64,000 bases of DNA, taken from NCBI RefSeq assembly GCF_009914755.1, contig NC_060926.1; one strand, given 5' to 3'. A model generated the notes under the pieces. The model saw only the letters and a program-made list of their open reading frames with translations, was not told the DNA's origin and searched no databases. Position numbers and translations under genes: made by a program. Each line of letters starts with the position of its first letter. The stretch's first letter is position 1. Positions 26,237 to 40,140 of this stretch are shown piece after piece. This DNA comes from the human T2T-CHM13v2.0 reference genome, Homo sapiens.

Positions 26237-26565
26237 GTAAGACCTGCTCCGGGGTCCCCGCCCCGCCGCCGCACACTCCCGCGGTCGTCTGGGCTGTCAC
26301 TAGGAGATCCGTAGCCCAGACGGTGACTTTCGTATGAGCTATTTAACTTTATTTTCTTCAGAATCTGCTGTAGATTGAGCTGTGCGTGAAATTGCTAGTA
26401 AGTTCTGACATGTTAATGCGTCTGTCTTTAAATCTGAATTGTTACCATAAACGTGTTTAATGGAACTTGCTGGTCTGTGGACTACAAAAAAAAAAAACAA
26501 AAAACAAAAACCCTTTCTACTTAACATTGTCTTAACCTCGTACTCTTTATCCTCTTTCTTTCCAG

Positions 26566-26622
26566 GCTTCTGAATTCCCTTCTGAGTTAATGTCAAATGA
26601 CAGCAAAGCACTGTGTGGCTGA
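26566..26622 (+). CDS. ID2: ID2 coding exon 2 (aa 117-134 ASEFPSELMSNDSKALCG + TGA); exon continues to 26629
   Basis: Polypyrimidine tract + TTCCAG| acceptor at 26565. 18 codons then TGA at 26620-26622 give 134 aa in total. Donor GCG|GTGAGT at 26630. Confidence 0.98.
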   Translation, partial: ASEFPSELMSNDSKALCG

Positions 26623-27407
26623 ATAAGCGGTGAGTGTTTGCTTGTGCCACCCGTGGGTAAACTGCCCCTCGGTGTGTGTGCGCGCGCGCGCATGTGTTTT
26701 TGCTTGTGTATCTATAAAATGTCTGATTTGGTAAATGCATGCTTACTTCGCGGTGTTACCCGTACTACATTGTCTCACTAGACATGAAGGAGCTTGTAGC
26801 TTTGGGTGCTCGAGATCACAGAACATTTTCCTTTAAAAGGAAATGATGCCAATAACTTACTACGAAGGCGGCCGAGGAACGTGTGTATTGGCTTTGTAGC
26901 AAATGTAATGCCCTGGATCTTCCTACGAGTCCTCTGGTACTATGAGGTACTAACCTCCACTGTAATTAATCTTACCGCCACAAATTCCATAGTGATCCTC
27001 CTTCCCTAAAACTATAGTCCTCTGGGATTCTCTGGGCTAGTTGAGGATTGCTACCCTGTGCCTTCAACCCTGTGATGTGGGATCCCAGACTTCCCTATCT
27101 GTTAACTAAAGGGCTGTTTTCAATCAAATAATTGTTACGAGAAGCAGACTGGCGCCTGTAGCACTGCTGTTGGAGATCCAAATAGGAGATTGGGTTGGGA
27201 AGTTTTTCCCTTGAGTCTCTGCTATTTTAATGTTTAATTTGCGCTGTCGAGGCGAGTGTGTGTGTTGCATCTGGACGCCAGGGTTTGCCCAATCTTTGAG
27301 TGTTTGGTTAAATGTTCAAACTGTGGCTTCCTCCCGGCGCCAGTCGCCCGCCTCTGCCCTTAGGTTACATTCTCTTAAACATGCCTTTCTCCCCCACTCT
27401 TTCGCAG

Positions 27408-28177
27408 GTGTTCATGATTTCTTTTATTCTTTGCACAACAACAACAACAACAAATTCACGGAATCTTTTAAGTGCTGAACTTATTTTTCAACCATTTCAC
27501 AAGGAGGACAAGTTGAATGGACCTTTTTAAAAAGAAAAAAAAAATGGAAGGAAAACTAAGAATGATCATCTTCCCAGGGTGTTCTCTTACTTGGACTGTG
27601 ATATTCGTTATTTATGAAAAAGACTTTTAAATGCCCTTTCTGCAGTTGGAAGGTTTTCTTTATATACTATTCCCACCATGGGGAGCGAAAACGTTAAAAT
27701 CACAAGGAATTGCCCAATCTAAGCAGACTTTGCCTTTTTTCAAAGGTGGAGCGTGAATACCAGAAGGATCCAGTATTCAGTCACTTAAATGAAGTCTTTT
27801 GGTCAGAAATTACCTTTTTGACACAAGCCTACTGAATGCTGTGTATATATTTATATATAAATATATCTATTTGAGTGAAACCTTGTGAACTCTTTAATTA
27901 GAGTTTTCTTGTATAGTGGCAGAGATGTCTATTTCTGCATTCAAAAGTGTAATGATGTACTTATTCATGCTAAACTTTTTATAAAAGTTTAGTTGTAAAC
28001 TTAACCCTTTTATACAAAATAAATCAAGTGTGTTTATTGAATGGTGATTGCCTGCTTTATTTCAGAGGACCAGTGCTTTGATTTTTATTATGCTATGTTA
28101 TAACTGAACCCAAATAAATACAAGTTCAAATTTATGTAGACTGTATAAGATTATAATAAAACATGTCTGAAGTCAAT
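27408..28177 (+). other. ID2: ID2 exon 3 (3'UTR only)
   Basis: Acceptor CTCTTTCGCAG| at 27407. AU-rich UTR with AATAAA at 28018, 28113 and 28155. 3' end inferred ~15-20 nt after the last signal. Confidence 0.9.
28018..28160 (+). terminator. Tandem polyadenylation signals of ID2 (AATAAA x3)
   Basis: AATAAA at 28018-28023, 28113-28118 and 28155-28160; GT/T-rich sequence follows the first and last. Confidence 0.8.
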
Positions 28178-28659
28178 ACCTGAATTCCGAGTGGTTTTTA
28201 AGATCTCTGGCATTCACTAGCTCTTTTCTCTCCCTGTCTCCCCCTCTCGGCCCCCCCCCCCCCCACACACACACACACATTGTTTTCTTTATCCCCTTCT
28301 CCTTCATCCCCCCACCAGCAGCACCCCTGAAGCTTTTACTTGTGTACAGAGAATCTTATCAGATGTGTGGTAAGGCAGAGGGCTGAGTTGACAGGGACTG
28401 GGGAGGCTTTGAGCACAGAAGTGCCTCGAGTCCTTAAGAGAAAGCTTGGTTCTGTGCCTCAGGGCTGAGTTTAAAGCCAAGAATGAGTTGAGTCTGGGAG
28501 TGTGGAAGCACTACCTGTCTGAGTGGGCGTTAAGACGCTTCTCTGGAGTAAATGAAAGTTAATCAGGAGAAGAAAAGAGGCTGTACAGAATTCAGAACAT
28601 GATTTCAGGTTTAAGGGAAGGCAGAAACACCCGAGGGTTACTGTTTGCACAGGGAACTA

Positions 28660-29780
28660 AGCTGTCACCTGGCCCCGGGCTCCTGAGGCCTCCTTGGCTT
28701 CGCCTGCGTCCACACCTGTAGCCCCCCCGCCACACCCCACCCACCTCCGGGCCTCCGGAGACGGGGCTGGGCCGGGCGCATTTTCCCGGACTTTTCGATC
28801 GCCCTCAGCCTTGACTGCCGCCCTGGACTGGAAGGAAGAGGCAGCGGGCAGAAGCCTTTCCCAGCCAAAGACCGCGGGTGGCCACGTGCTCAAGACTGGT
28901 CTGCGTTTTCAGTCCCGGGGCGCGAGGTGGGCTGGGAGGCTCTGGAAGGCGGGTCCCAGGTGGACGCGAACCGGGGGAGGAAGGGATCCGGGCGGGGCAG
29001 CAGCTCACCTGGGGCGGAACAGGTGTTCGGGCGGCGCCACCGAGGAGTCCGCGCGTCTCCCCGCCCTGACCCCCGATCGCTCCCCGCGGGCGCTGGCGCT
29101 GGAGGAGGGCGGGGGCCGTGGAGCCGCGGCCGCCCGGATCGCCCTGCGGACCCGCGCCGGGGACTGGGCTCTGCCGGGGCCAGCGCGGGGCGGTCGTGTG
29201 GTTGATCATCATACCCGGAGGAAGCCCTGAGGGCCGTAGGGGCGTCTTCCCCGTCGCAGGCTACCCGCGGACCTGGCCCCCAGGTCCCCGCCACCTGTCG
29301 CCAGCCGCGGCCCCGGCCGACCTCTGCGCGGCGGGGAGGGAAGCGCGCTCTGGTCCCAACCCGACCCCCGCCTCGCCTCCGGGAGAGGCGCAGACGCCGG
29401 CCGCACGCTCGCCCCCCAGCCACGGGGACCCGCGCGTAGTCCGCTCGGACGGCCCTGGGGAGCGTCCCCGGACGGAAGCAGTGCGGGCGGGACTGTGGGG
29501 CGGCCCGGGCCCTTTCGAGCCCCTGCCGGGCACCGCTGGCGACGTTGGCCCCGGGACCCCTGGAGCCGCAGCCGAGGCGCAGCAGCCCCTTTCGGAGGCG
29601 ACTTCCCGCGGCGCCAGCCGCGCTGCCCGACTCCGGCCGTGGAGCCCGGGCGCCACCTGCTGGCCGACACGAGGACGGCGGCTCTCGCGCGGGGCCTGGT
29701 GGGCCTGGGGCCCGGGCACTGGGAACCCGAGGAGCAATCCGTGGGGTGGAGGAGGTCCCGGGAGAAAACGCCAGGGAGTG
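28660..29780. promoter_or_regulatory. CpG island downstream of the ID2 3' end
   Basis: ~1.1 kb very GC/CpG-rich block ~0.5 kb after the ID2 poly(A) site. Confidence 0.8.
29650..29665 (-). promoter_or_regulatory. CTCF-like motif in the downstream CpG island
   Basis: Minus strand reads GGCCAGCAGGTGGCGC, a close match to the CTCF core CCASYAGRKGGCRS. Confidence 0.6.
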
Positions 29781-30089
29781 CGGCCTTTCCAAATGAGTGC
29801 TGCTCCAGCATGTGTACAGCCGTTTCCACGTGTGGATCTCATGTAATCTTTGCTACTGCATAGCATAGACAGGATCCCCTTTTGCAAATTAGTAGTTGCT
29901 GCCAACCTCTATGCTAGGTGCTGTCCCAGAGATTTTTAAAAAGATCAGACAGGATCCTAGTCTCAAAGAGACTATGCTTGGATTGTGGGGATAAATGAAT
30001 TGTGAAGTCACATGAAAGCCAGAATGCTTTCCCTTCTCTTTCCTGGATGTTTTGTTAAATTTTGTTTTAATTTTTCTGAACTGCTTAAT

Positions 30090-30600
30090 AACTATTAACC
30101 AAGAACGCCAGTGTTAGTTAAAGCAGTGGGAGGTGGGAGTCGGCCTCCTTTTCTTATTCCAAATCCTAATGAGAATCGATCACATTTCTTCCATTTAGTA
30201 GGATGTGACTGTAGGCTTCTGTTGTAATAGATACTGTTTCTCAATTTTTGGAAGAGCCTTTCAATTGCTAGGCTTGTTGGAAGGGGTTTTTTTTTTTTTT
30301 TTTTTGAGAATTTTAAATCATAATTCGTGAGTCAATTGGTAGAATACTTTTGACTGCATTTACTGATATTATTTTTGTCTGGTGGATTACACTGATATTT
30401 CTGATACTGAACTAGCCATGCATTTCTGAAATAACTCCTACGTGAACATCATATATTATTACTTTTTATATCCACCGTGGATTCTGTTAGCCAATATTTT
30501 ATTTTTGAAAATGAAATGGAACTGTGATTTACTTTCTTGTGTTGTCTGTAACTGGTTTTTGAATCAAGATCATACTAACCTCAAGCAATAAATGTACAGG
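30090..30600 (-). mobile_element. Old L1 ORF2-region fragment
   Basis: Degenerate T-rich reverse L1 motifs (CCATTTAGTAGGATG, GCCATGCATTTCTGAAATAA, GTTAGCCAATATTTT). Confidence 0.5.
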
Positions 30601-31055
30601 TCAGTTTACATTTAATTTTAGCGTTCAAAGCCATGAGTGCATCCCTGAAGGTCGGCTAACGTGTAGTCTGTCTATTTCAGAGGTGAGCATTGAGTAGCCA
30701 ACAGCACACAACCAGGCAGTGGGCAGACGAACTCAGTCCAGCGCTTTTTCAGGAACATAAAAAGGACTTTCAAGTAGAGGGTGAAGATGTAGACTCTAAT
30801 AGAAAATAATATTCTTGTCAATAAGGAGCTGCTTTATAGAGCTTTTAAAATCCACAGCTAATAATTTGTGCGGCTCTCTGCAGGGCAGGTGCAGAGCCAT
30901 CCCAATCCCCTTCAGCTTGACACCCCATACATCCTTCCAATTTTTGATGCATTTTGCTACCGGAAAAGGGGTTTCAGACTTTGAGTGTCTTTCTGGATGC
31001 TGATCCAGAAAAGGTGTTGGATGTTTTTCTATTTCATCATAAAGATACTTTGAAG

Positions 31056-31358
31056 ACCAGGGGCAGTGGCTCACGCCTGTAATCCCAGCACTTTGGGAGG
31101 CCAAGGTGGGTGCATCGCTTGAGCCCTGGAGTTCAAGACCAGCCTGGGCAACATGGCAAAACCCCATCTCTACTAAAAATACAAAAGTTAGTTGGGTGTG
31201 GTAGTGCACGCCTGTAGTCCCAGCTACTCAGGAGGCTGAGGTGGGAGGATCTCTTGAGCCCAGGAGGTCAAGGCTGCATGATTGTGCCACTGCACTGCAG
31301 CCTGAGTGACAGAGCGAGACCCTGTCTCAGAAAACTAATTAATTAATTAATTTAATTA
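31056..31358 (+). mobile_element. Alu (AluJ-like) with (TTAA)n tail
   Basis: Dimer; TSD AAAGATA(C/A)TTTGA. Confidence 0.9.
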
Positions 31359-31699
31359 AAGATAATTTGAGTCAGAGGCAGCATAAGTTGAGAAGCTCAA
31401 CAACATGTGTTTTGTTTATTGCTGACTAAAGTAGGCATTATGAGGAGCACCGCCTGAGACTGTAAGGAAGGAAGGAGATTTTCCAGAGGCCCTGAAGGAA
31501 GATGCAACAGAAGGACAGTGGGAAGAGCATGCACACATTTGTGGCAGTCCTGAGTGAGGGCACCAATCCCAGTAAACTAGGGCATTGGCCAAACAGGAAT
31601 TACAGACAAGTTTTTACAACCCTGTGAAGCAGGGCATTGAAACTGATACTACCACCCAGGATCCTGGAAGGCCTGAAATGTCGGTTATTGATTAGAAAA

Positions 31700-32430
31700 A
31701 AATAATACTCATTAGCTCAGGAAGATCATAAGGAAGCTTGTGTGTGAACCTGAGCTCAAGAGGGAAATGAAAATCTCCTCCGAAAATTTTTACCCATAAA
31801 CATGCCCTTATGGGCAATGGAGATTCAAATATGTACTACCCACTTGGTTTGAGAAATTTTGATGCTGAGAAATTAACACAAAAATGGGTTTCTGGCTGGT
31901 GATACCCCTGGAGTGCTTGGAAGTGGCACATGCAAAGCTTCTTCTCTGGAGAGAAAATTTCTCAATACAGACTACACAGAATTCTCACATTTTCACGGTT
32001 GGGTGAAAGTCAGTTTATAATTCAAAAATTTTAAAAACACTGAAAACAATTTACCATGAGAGAATCAGTAGCTAAAATGAAGAGAAAGATTAGAAACAAA
32101 AGATCTAAAATGGCTATAAAGTAAGCACAACTAAGATGATTAAAGAAATTTAAAAATTAAGCAAGAACATAAAAAATCACAATATACAGTATTATATATA
32201 AAAGAATAGGCAGATTTGAAAACGAACAACATCAAAATGCTTACATATAGTTATTGAAAGTGAAAACTCAATGAAAATGTTAAAACCCAGATTAAAAACT
32301 ACTGGAGAGAGAATTAATGAACTGGGAGATGAACCTGAAAAAATTACCCAGAATGAGCACAGAGAGATAAAGATAAGATAAATATGAACTCAAGGTAAGA
32401 GACAGAAAGGATAGAGAGAGAAGTTCCAAC
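31700..32430 (+). mobile_element. Old L1M 5'/ORF1 fragment
   Basis: A-rich ORF1-like decay (GAGAGAATTAATGAACTGGGAGAT...AAATTACCCAGAATG). Confidence 0.55.
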
Positions 32431-32569
32431 AAGTATGGCAGACTGTATCAACTGGTTGTGGCAGTAGAAGGGAATCTGTCACAGTAAACGTTCAAGCAAC
32501 TTGAATGTTAGATATATCTTCTCTTAAAGGCTTTTAGTCAAGCTAATATTCTGCACATATACATGTTTT

Positions 32570-32863
32570 GTTTGGTTTCAGACAGGGTCTCTCTGTCACC
32601 CAGGCTGGAGTGCAGTGGCATTGATCACAGCTCACTGCAGCCTCAGCCTCCCTGGGCTCAGTTGATCCTCTCACCTCAGCCTCCTAAGTAGCTGGGACTA
32701 CAGGTGTGCACCACCACGCCTGGCTAATTTTTTCTATTTTTTTTTGTAGAGACAGGATTTCACCATGTTACCCAGGTGGTCTCAAACTCCTGGGCTCAAG
32801 CATTCCTCCTGCCTTGGCCTCCCAAAATGCTGGAATTACAGGTTTGAGTCACTGCACTCAGCC
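32570..32863 (-). mobile_element. Alu (AluJ-like)
   Basis: 16-bp TSD CACATATACATGTTTT at 32554-32569 and 32864-32879. Confidence 0.92.
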
Positions 32864-32899
32864 CACATATACATGTTTTAAAAATTAAGATGAAAAAAT

Positions 32900-35820
<2,921 letters not shown>

Positions 35821-36864
35821 GTTAGAAAAATAACCCAGTCCTCTATCTACTGGAGCACAGAGATGCCCCCACTGCCCAACTCTCTGAAAAGGCCCTGGCC
35901 TCCTGACACACTGCTTGGCACCCTCATTCACTTCCTCAAGATTGACCTTGACTGAGACAGCAATTGAACTCTCCGCCCTTCTGGCTCTGAACTACTTTCA
36001 CTCCTACTGAGACGCTGCATGGCTATGACAGGGGCGCCTAGCATGGATCTTAGCATTTGGCAGCAAAGAAAAGTGGCCGAAGCCTAGGAACGTCCTGGCT
36101 TCCCTTCCTCTTCTGCCTGCTGCCATTATAAGTAGAATGGCGTGTGTACTTCCACGTATATGATTATGCCACTTCTTGGAATGTGGTCTTAGTTTTAAGT
36201 TAATTCTCCACCTAGGGACAACGCTGTAAGTTTTATTTTACAAACATAATCTTCTAAATAAGCTCTAAATAAGTTTCATCAGTTCTGAGAGAAAGTTCTT
36301 AAGCACACAATTCTTCAATATTTGATGTTTCAAAAATCCTATGGAAGCAAGTTAGGCAGAGAAAAGGACAAGGCCATTCTTAATGTTGTAATTTTACCAG
36401 AGTTCGCCAAAGCCTCCCAGGGGAGGAAAAAAAAAAGACTTCTAAAAAATGTCAACTGAAACTTTAATTGCCTGAAGTAAAATATTTTAAAGAGTGAAAA
36501 TTTCAAGTTTAAATTTAATCCAAACCAGTTAAGTTGATTCAATCTAAAAATATCTTGACTGGGAAGGAAATTTTTGGACAAGTTTGTCAAGTCCTGGCTT
36601 TGTACCTGACAATGACTTTTAGAGAATCATCCCCAAACAAGTAGACGCCCTTGAGTGCTCTCCCTGCAAACCGCGTTTGCTGCAGGGCAATGCCAGCTCA
36701 CACAGGCCAAGGGGTAAAAAGCAGGACTCTTCCTGCTAATTATTTTTGTTGTATCATCTATTGTCTACAGGAACAAAACATCCACCCTAGCGAGCTGCTC
36801 CTGCAAAAACGGGGACACCTCTTGCCACTGAAAGTCTCTGACGTGTCGATGGAGTTACACTGAT

Positions 36865-37040
36865 GTATTAATTTATTCGGCAAACATGCATGGGACTACG
36901 CCAGGCGTGGCTCTAGGTGCTGCCGACACTGGGATGAAACAGCCGGGATCCCTGCCCCTGTGGAACTTGCATTCCAGCAATGGGAGACAGACCATGAGTG
37001 TGTCTCATATGCATTCGAAGACAAATAAAGCAGGGAAAAA
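36865..37040 (-). mobile_element. L2 3' fragment
   Basis: ATTTATTCGGCAAACAT...GCCAGGCGTGGCTCTAGGTGCTG...CCCTGCCCCTGTGGAACTTGCATTC. Confidence 0.6.
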
Positions 37041-37759
37041 GAGGAGACAGAACCTAGGTGACCAGTTATGAAGTATGAAGGTGTTGTCTTCTGTCCTCAA
37101 CCTCCGGTCGCCGGGACACTGCGGAGCTCAGCCGACTCCGGGTTAGCATGGCCAGTTGGGGGCGTGAGAGAGCAGCCGCAGCGGGGCGGCGGGAGGATGG
37201 GAGCGGCCGCAGCCCGTGTGCTTCCCGGGGACTTCCCGTCCACCTGGGGGTCCCAGCAGCCCCGCCCAGCACTTCTTCACCCTGGCCTCCCTGTGGCTGC
37301 GCCTGAATCCAGACCGCGCTTTTCCCCACACTCAGAGGACCAGCCTGATGGCCCCCGTCCCTGAGCCTGCGGCCCCTGCATAGAGGCTCTACGTCCCAGG
37401 CACAGGGACCCTCCTCCAGCTTCTGAGCTTCAGTCACTCCCGCCTTTCCCCTCTGCTCCCTCATCCTGGGGGGCATGCTGCCTGCGGCACTGCCTCGGTG
37501 ACAGCTTGGAGTGCTGTCTGTTCAGCTCCCCAGTTAACACATTCTAGCTAGTTAGCAAGCTTACTCTCTCTCTGAGAGCTCGGGGGGTTTCTGTCTCCTG
37601 ACGGGGCCCTGACTGGTACCCCAGGCTCCATGAGAGCACCGTGGACAACAGGAGCAGCCGAACACGCAGAATCTGCGGGAAGGGGAATCGGGCAGTGGGT
37701 GCGGCCCGTGCAAAGGCCCGGCGGCAGCAGCCATCCAGGGAAGTCCCACCTGAAGGCAG

Positions 37760-38060
37760 TGAGGGGCGGTGGGAGTGGTGACGGGGAGGGGGTGGAGGGG
37801 GCTGGGAGCTGGTGGGGGGCTGATGGGGGGCGGTGGGGGCAGTGGGGGCTGGCGGGGAGTGGGGGAGGGCTGGTGGGAAGTGGTGGGGGCTGATGGGGGG
37901 CAGGGGAGGGGGCTGGGGGGTGGTGGGACGGTGGGGGCTGGTACGGGGGTGGGGGAGAGCTGTTGGGGGGAGGTGGGGGGATGGGGGCTGGTGGGGGAGA
38001 GGGCTGGGGGAGAGCGGTGGGTGGTGGGGGAGCGGTGGGGCATGGTGGGGGACAGTGGGC
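37760..38060. repeat. G-rich low-complexity array (GGTGGGGG-like units)
   Basis: Dense G3-G7 runs over ~300 bp. Confidence 0.85.
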
Positions 38061-38418
38061 CGGAGCAAGGCAGCCAGGGGCCCAGTGCGAGGAGAGGAGA
38101 ACGGACAGGATGGGGGAGGCCCATCACACCCAGCCTCACAGGCCGCGCTAAGAGCTTTGGCCTTTACTTTGGGTAAACTGGGACCTTGGAGAGCTTTGCG
38201 CAGGAGAGTGATGGAACCAAACTATTTAGCAGCCACATTTCTTTTAATGTTTCTCGTTTATAGGTTACACATTTGTTGTTATTATTATTGATTTAATAAT
38301 ACTGTGTCAAGATAAAGTTGTCAAAATCACGGCACCCAAACTTCACATTATAAAATTTTAATCACAACCTGTTTTATCACAATCGCTTTGCAGCAACGGA
38401 AATTATTCGTAGTAATTA

Positions 38419-38498
38419 TTAAGTTGGTGCAAAATTATTTGTGGTTTTTGCCATCACTTTTAATGGCAAACGCCGCAAATAATTTTGCACCAACCTAA
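38419..38498. mobile_element. MADE1 (Hsmar1-derived mariner MITE), 80-bp hairpin
   Basis: TTAAGTTGGTGCAAAA...TTTTGCACCAACCTAA palindromic TIRs. Confidence 0.92.
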
Positions 38499-38901
38499 AT
38501 ATTATAACTAAGGAAACGAATAGAATGGTGTGCATCAGAGGTACCTCCGCCAGTGCTTACCCCGTTTGTTATAGAGGGACGGGTTGTCCCTGCTGCTTTT
38601 TTATGGAGCGCTATATCAAAAGGGCTGAGTAAAATGAAGACATTCCCCAGAGGACTGACTCACTAAGCAATCATATGGGCAGTTTCTGGGAGGAAAGGAA
38701 GAAAAAAGCCATACTTCACAACTCTTAGAAGCTGTTGCAAAGCAGACCACATTCCTAAACTGAAGGTAAGTATTGTTTGCACAAACTCAGCGTATTAGGC
38801 TAATTTGTTTCCATACTTGATTTGGATTATTTCTCTTAGGATTTTAGTAACTGTCATCATGACCACGTTGCAATGTACCCCAAAGTTGAATGTCTCATTG
38901 A

Positions 38902-39201
<300 letters not shown>

Positions 39202-39481
39202 TGACCACACATTTCTGTTGTCATCCTAGGGACTCAAAAATAATTCAATTTTCTCTTTCTCAGAACTTTTTCCCTTTGCAAAATACACATTTTCAGTTTT
39301 AAAATATCTTGCAATAGCACTCTCTTATACATTATTCCACCTTTCATTTCATTAATTACCCATGAAATGGTCTGTTTTTGTTAAATAAATGCACACTTTT
39401 TTTCTGTGTATAATACAGCGAGGGCACATGTGGGTAGGAGCAAGATATGACTGGAGGAAAACATTTTTAAAAACTAACAGT

Positions 39482-39842
<361 letters not shown>

Positions 39843-39857
39843 TTACTAAAAATTCCT

Positions 39858-40140
39858 GGCTGGGCACAGTGGTTCACACCTGTAATCCCAGCACTTTGAG
39901 AGGCCAAGGCAGGAGAATCACTTGAGCCCAAGAGTTGGAGACCAGCCTGGACAACAAAATGAGACCCTATCTCTATTTAAAAAAAAAAAAAAAAAAGCCA
40001 GGCATGGTGGCATGCCTGTAGTCCTAGCTACTTGGGAGGCTGAGATGGGAGGATCACTTGAGCCTGCAGTGAGCCATGATCGTGCCACTGTACTCCAGTC
40101 TGTGTGATAAAGTGAGACCCTGTCTCAAAAAAAAAAAAAA
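39858..40140 (+). mobile_element. Alu (AluJ-like)
   Basis: Dimer with small right-arm deletion and poly-A tail. Confidence 0.88.

Larger units (their letters stand above)
25180..26330. promoter_or_regulatory. CpG island over the ID2 promoter and exon 1
   Basis: CpG-dense and GC-rich; spans TSS and exon 1. Confidence 0.85.

Noticed and set aside
28694-29905. Overlapping long ORFs (178-300 aa) on both strands
   Set aside because: Pro/Gly/Ala/Arg-rich, mostly non-ATG starts, no recognisable domain; expected stop-codon scarcity in a CpG island.
37544-38291. Pro-rich/Gly-rich ORFs (135-192 aa)
   Set aside because: Translations of the G-rich low-complexity array.
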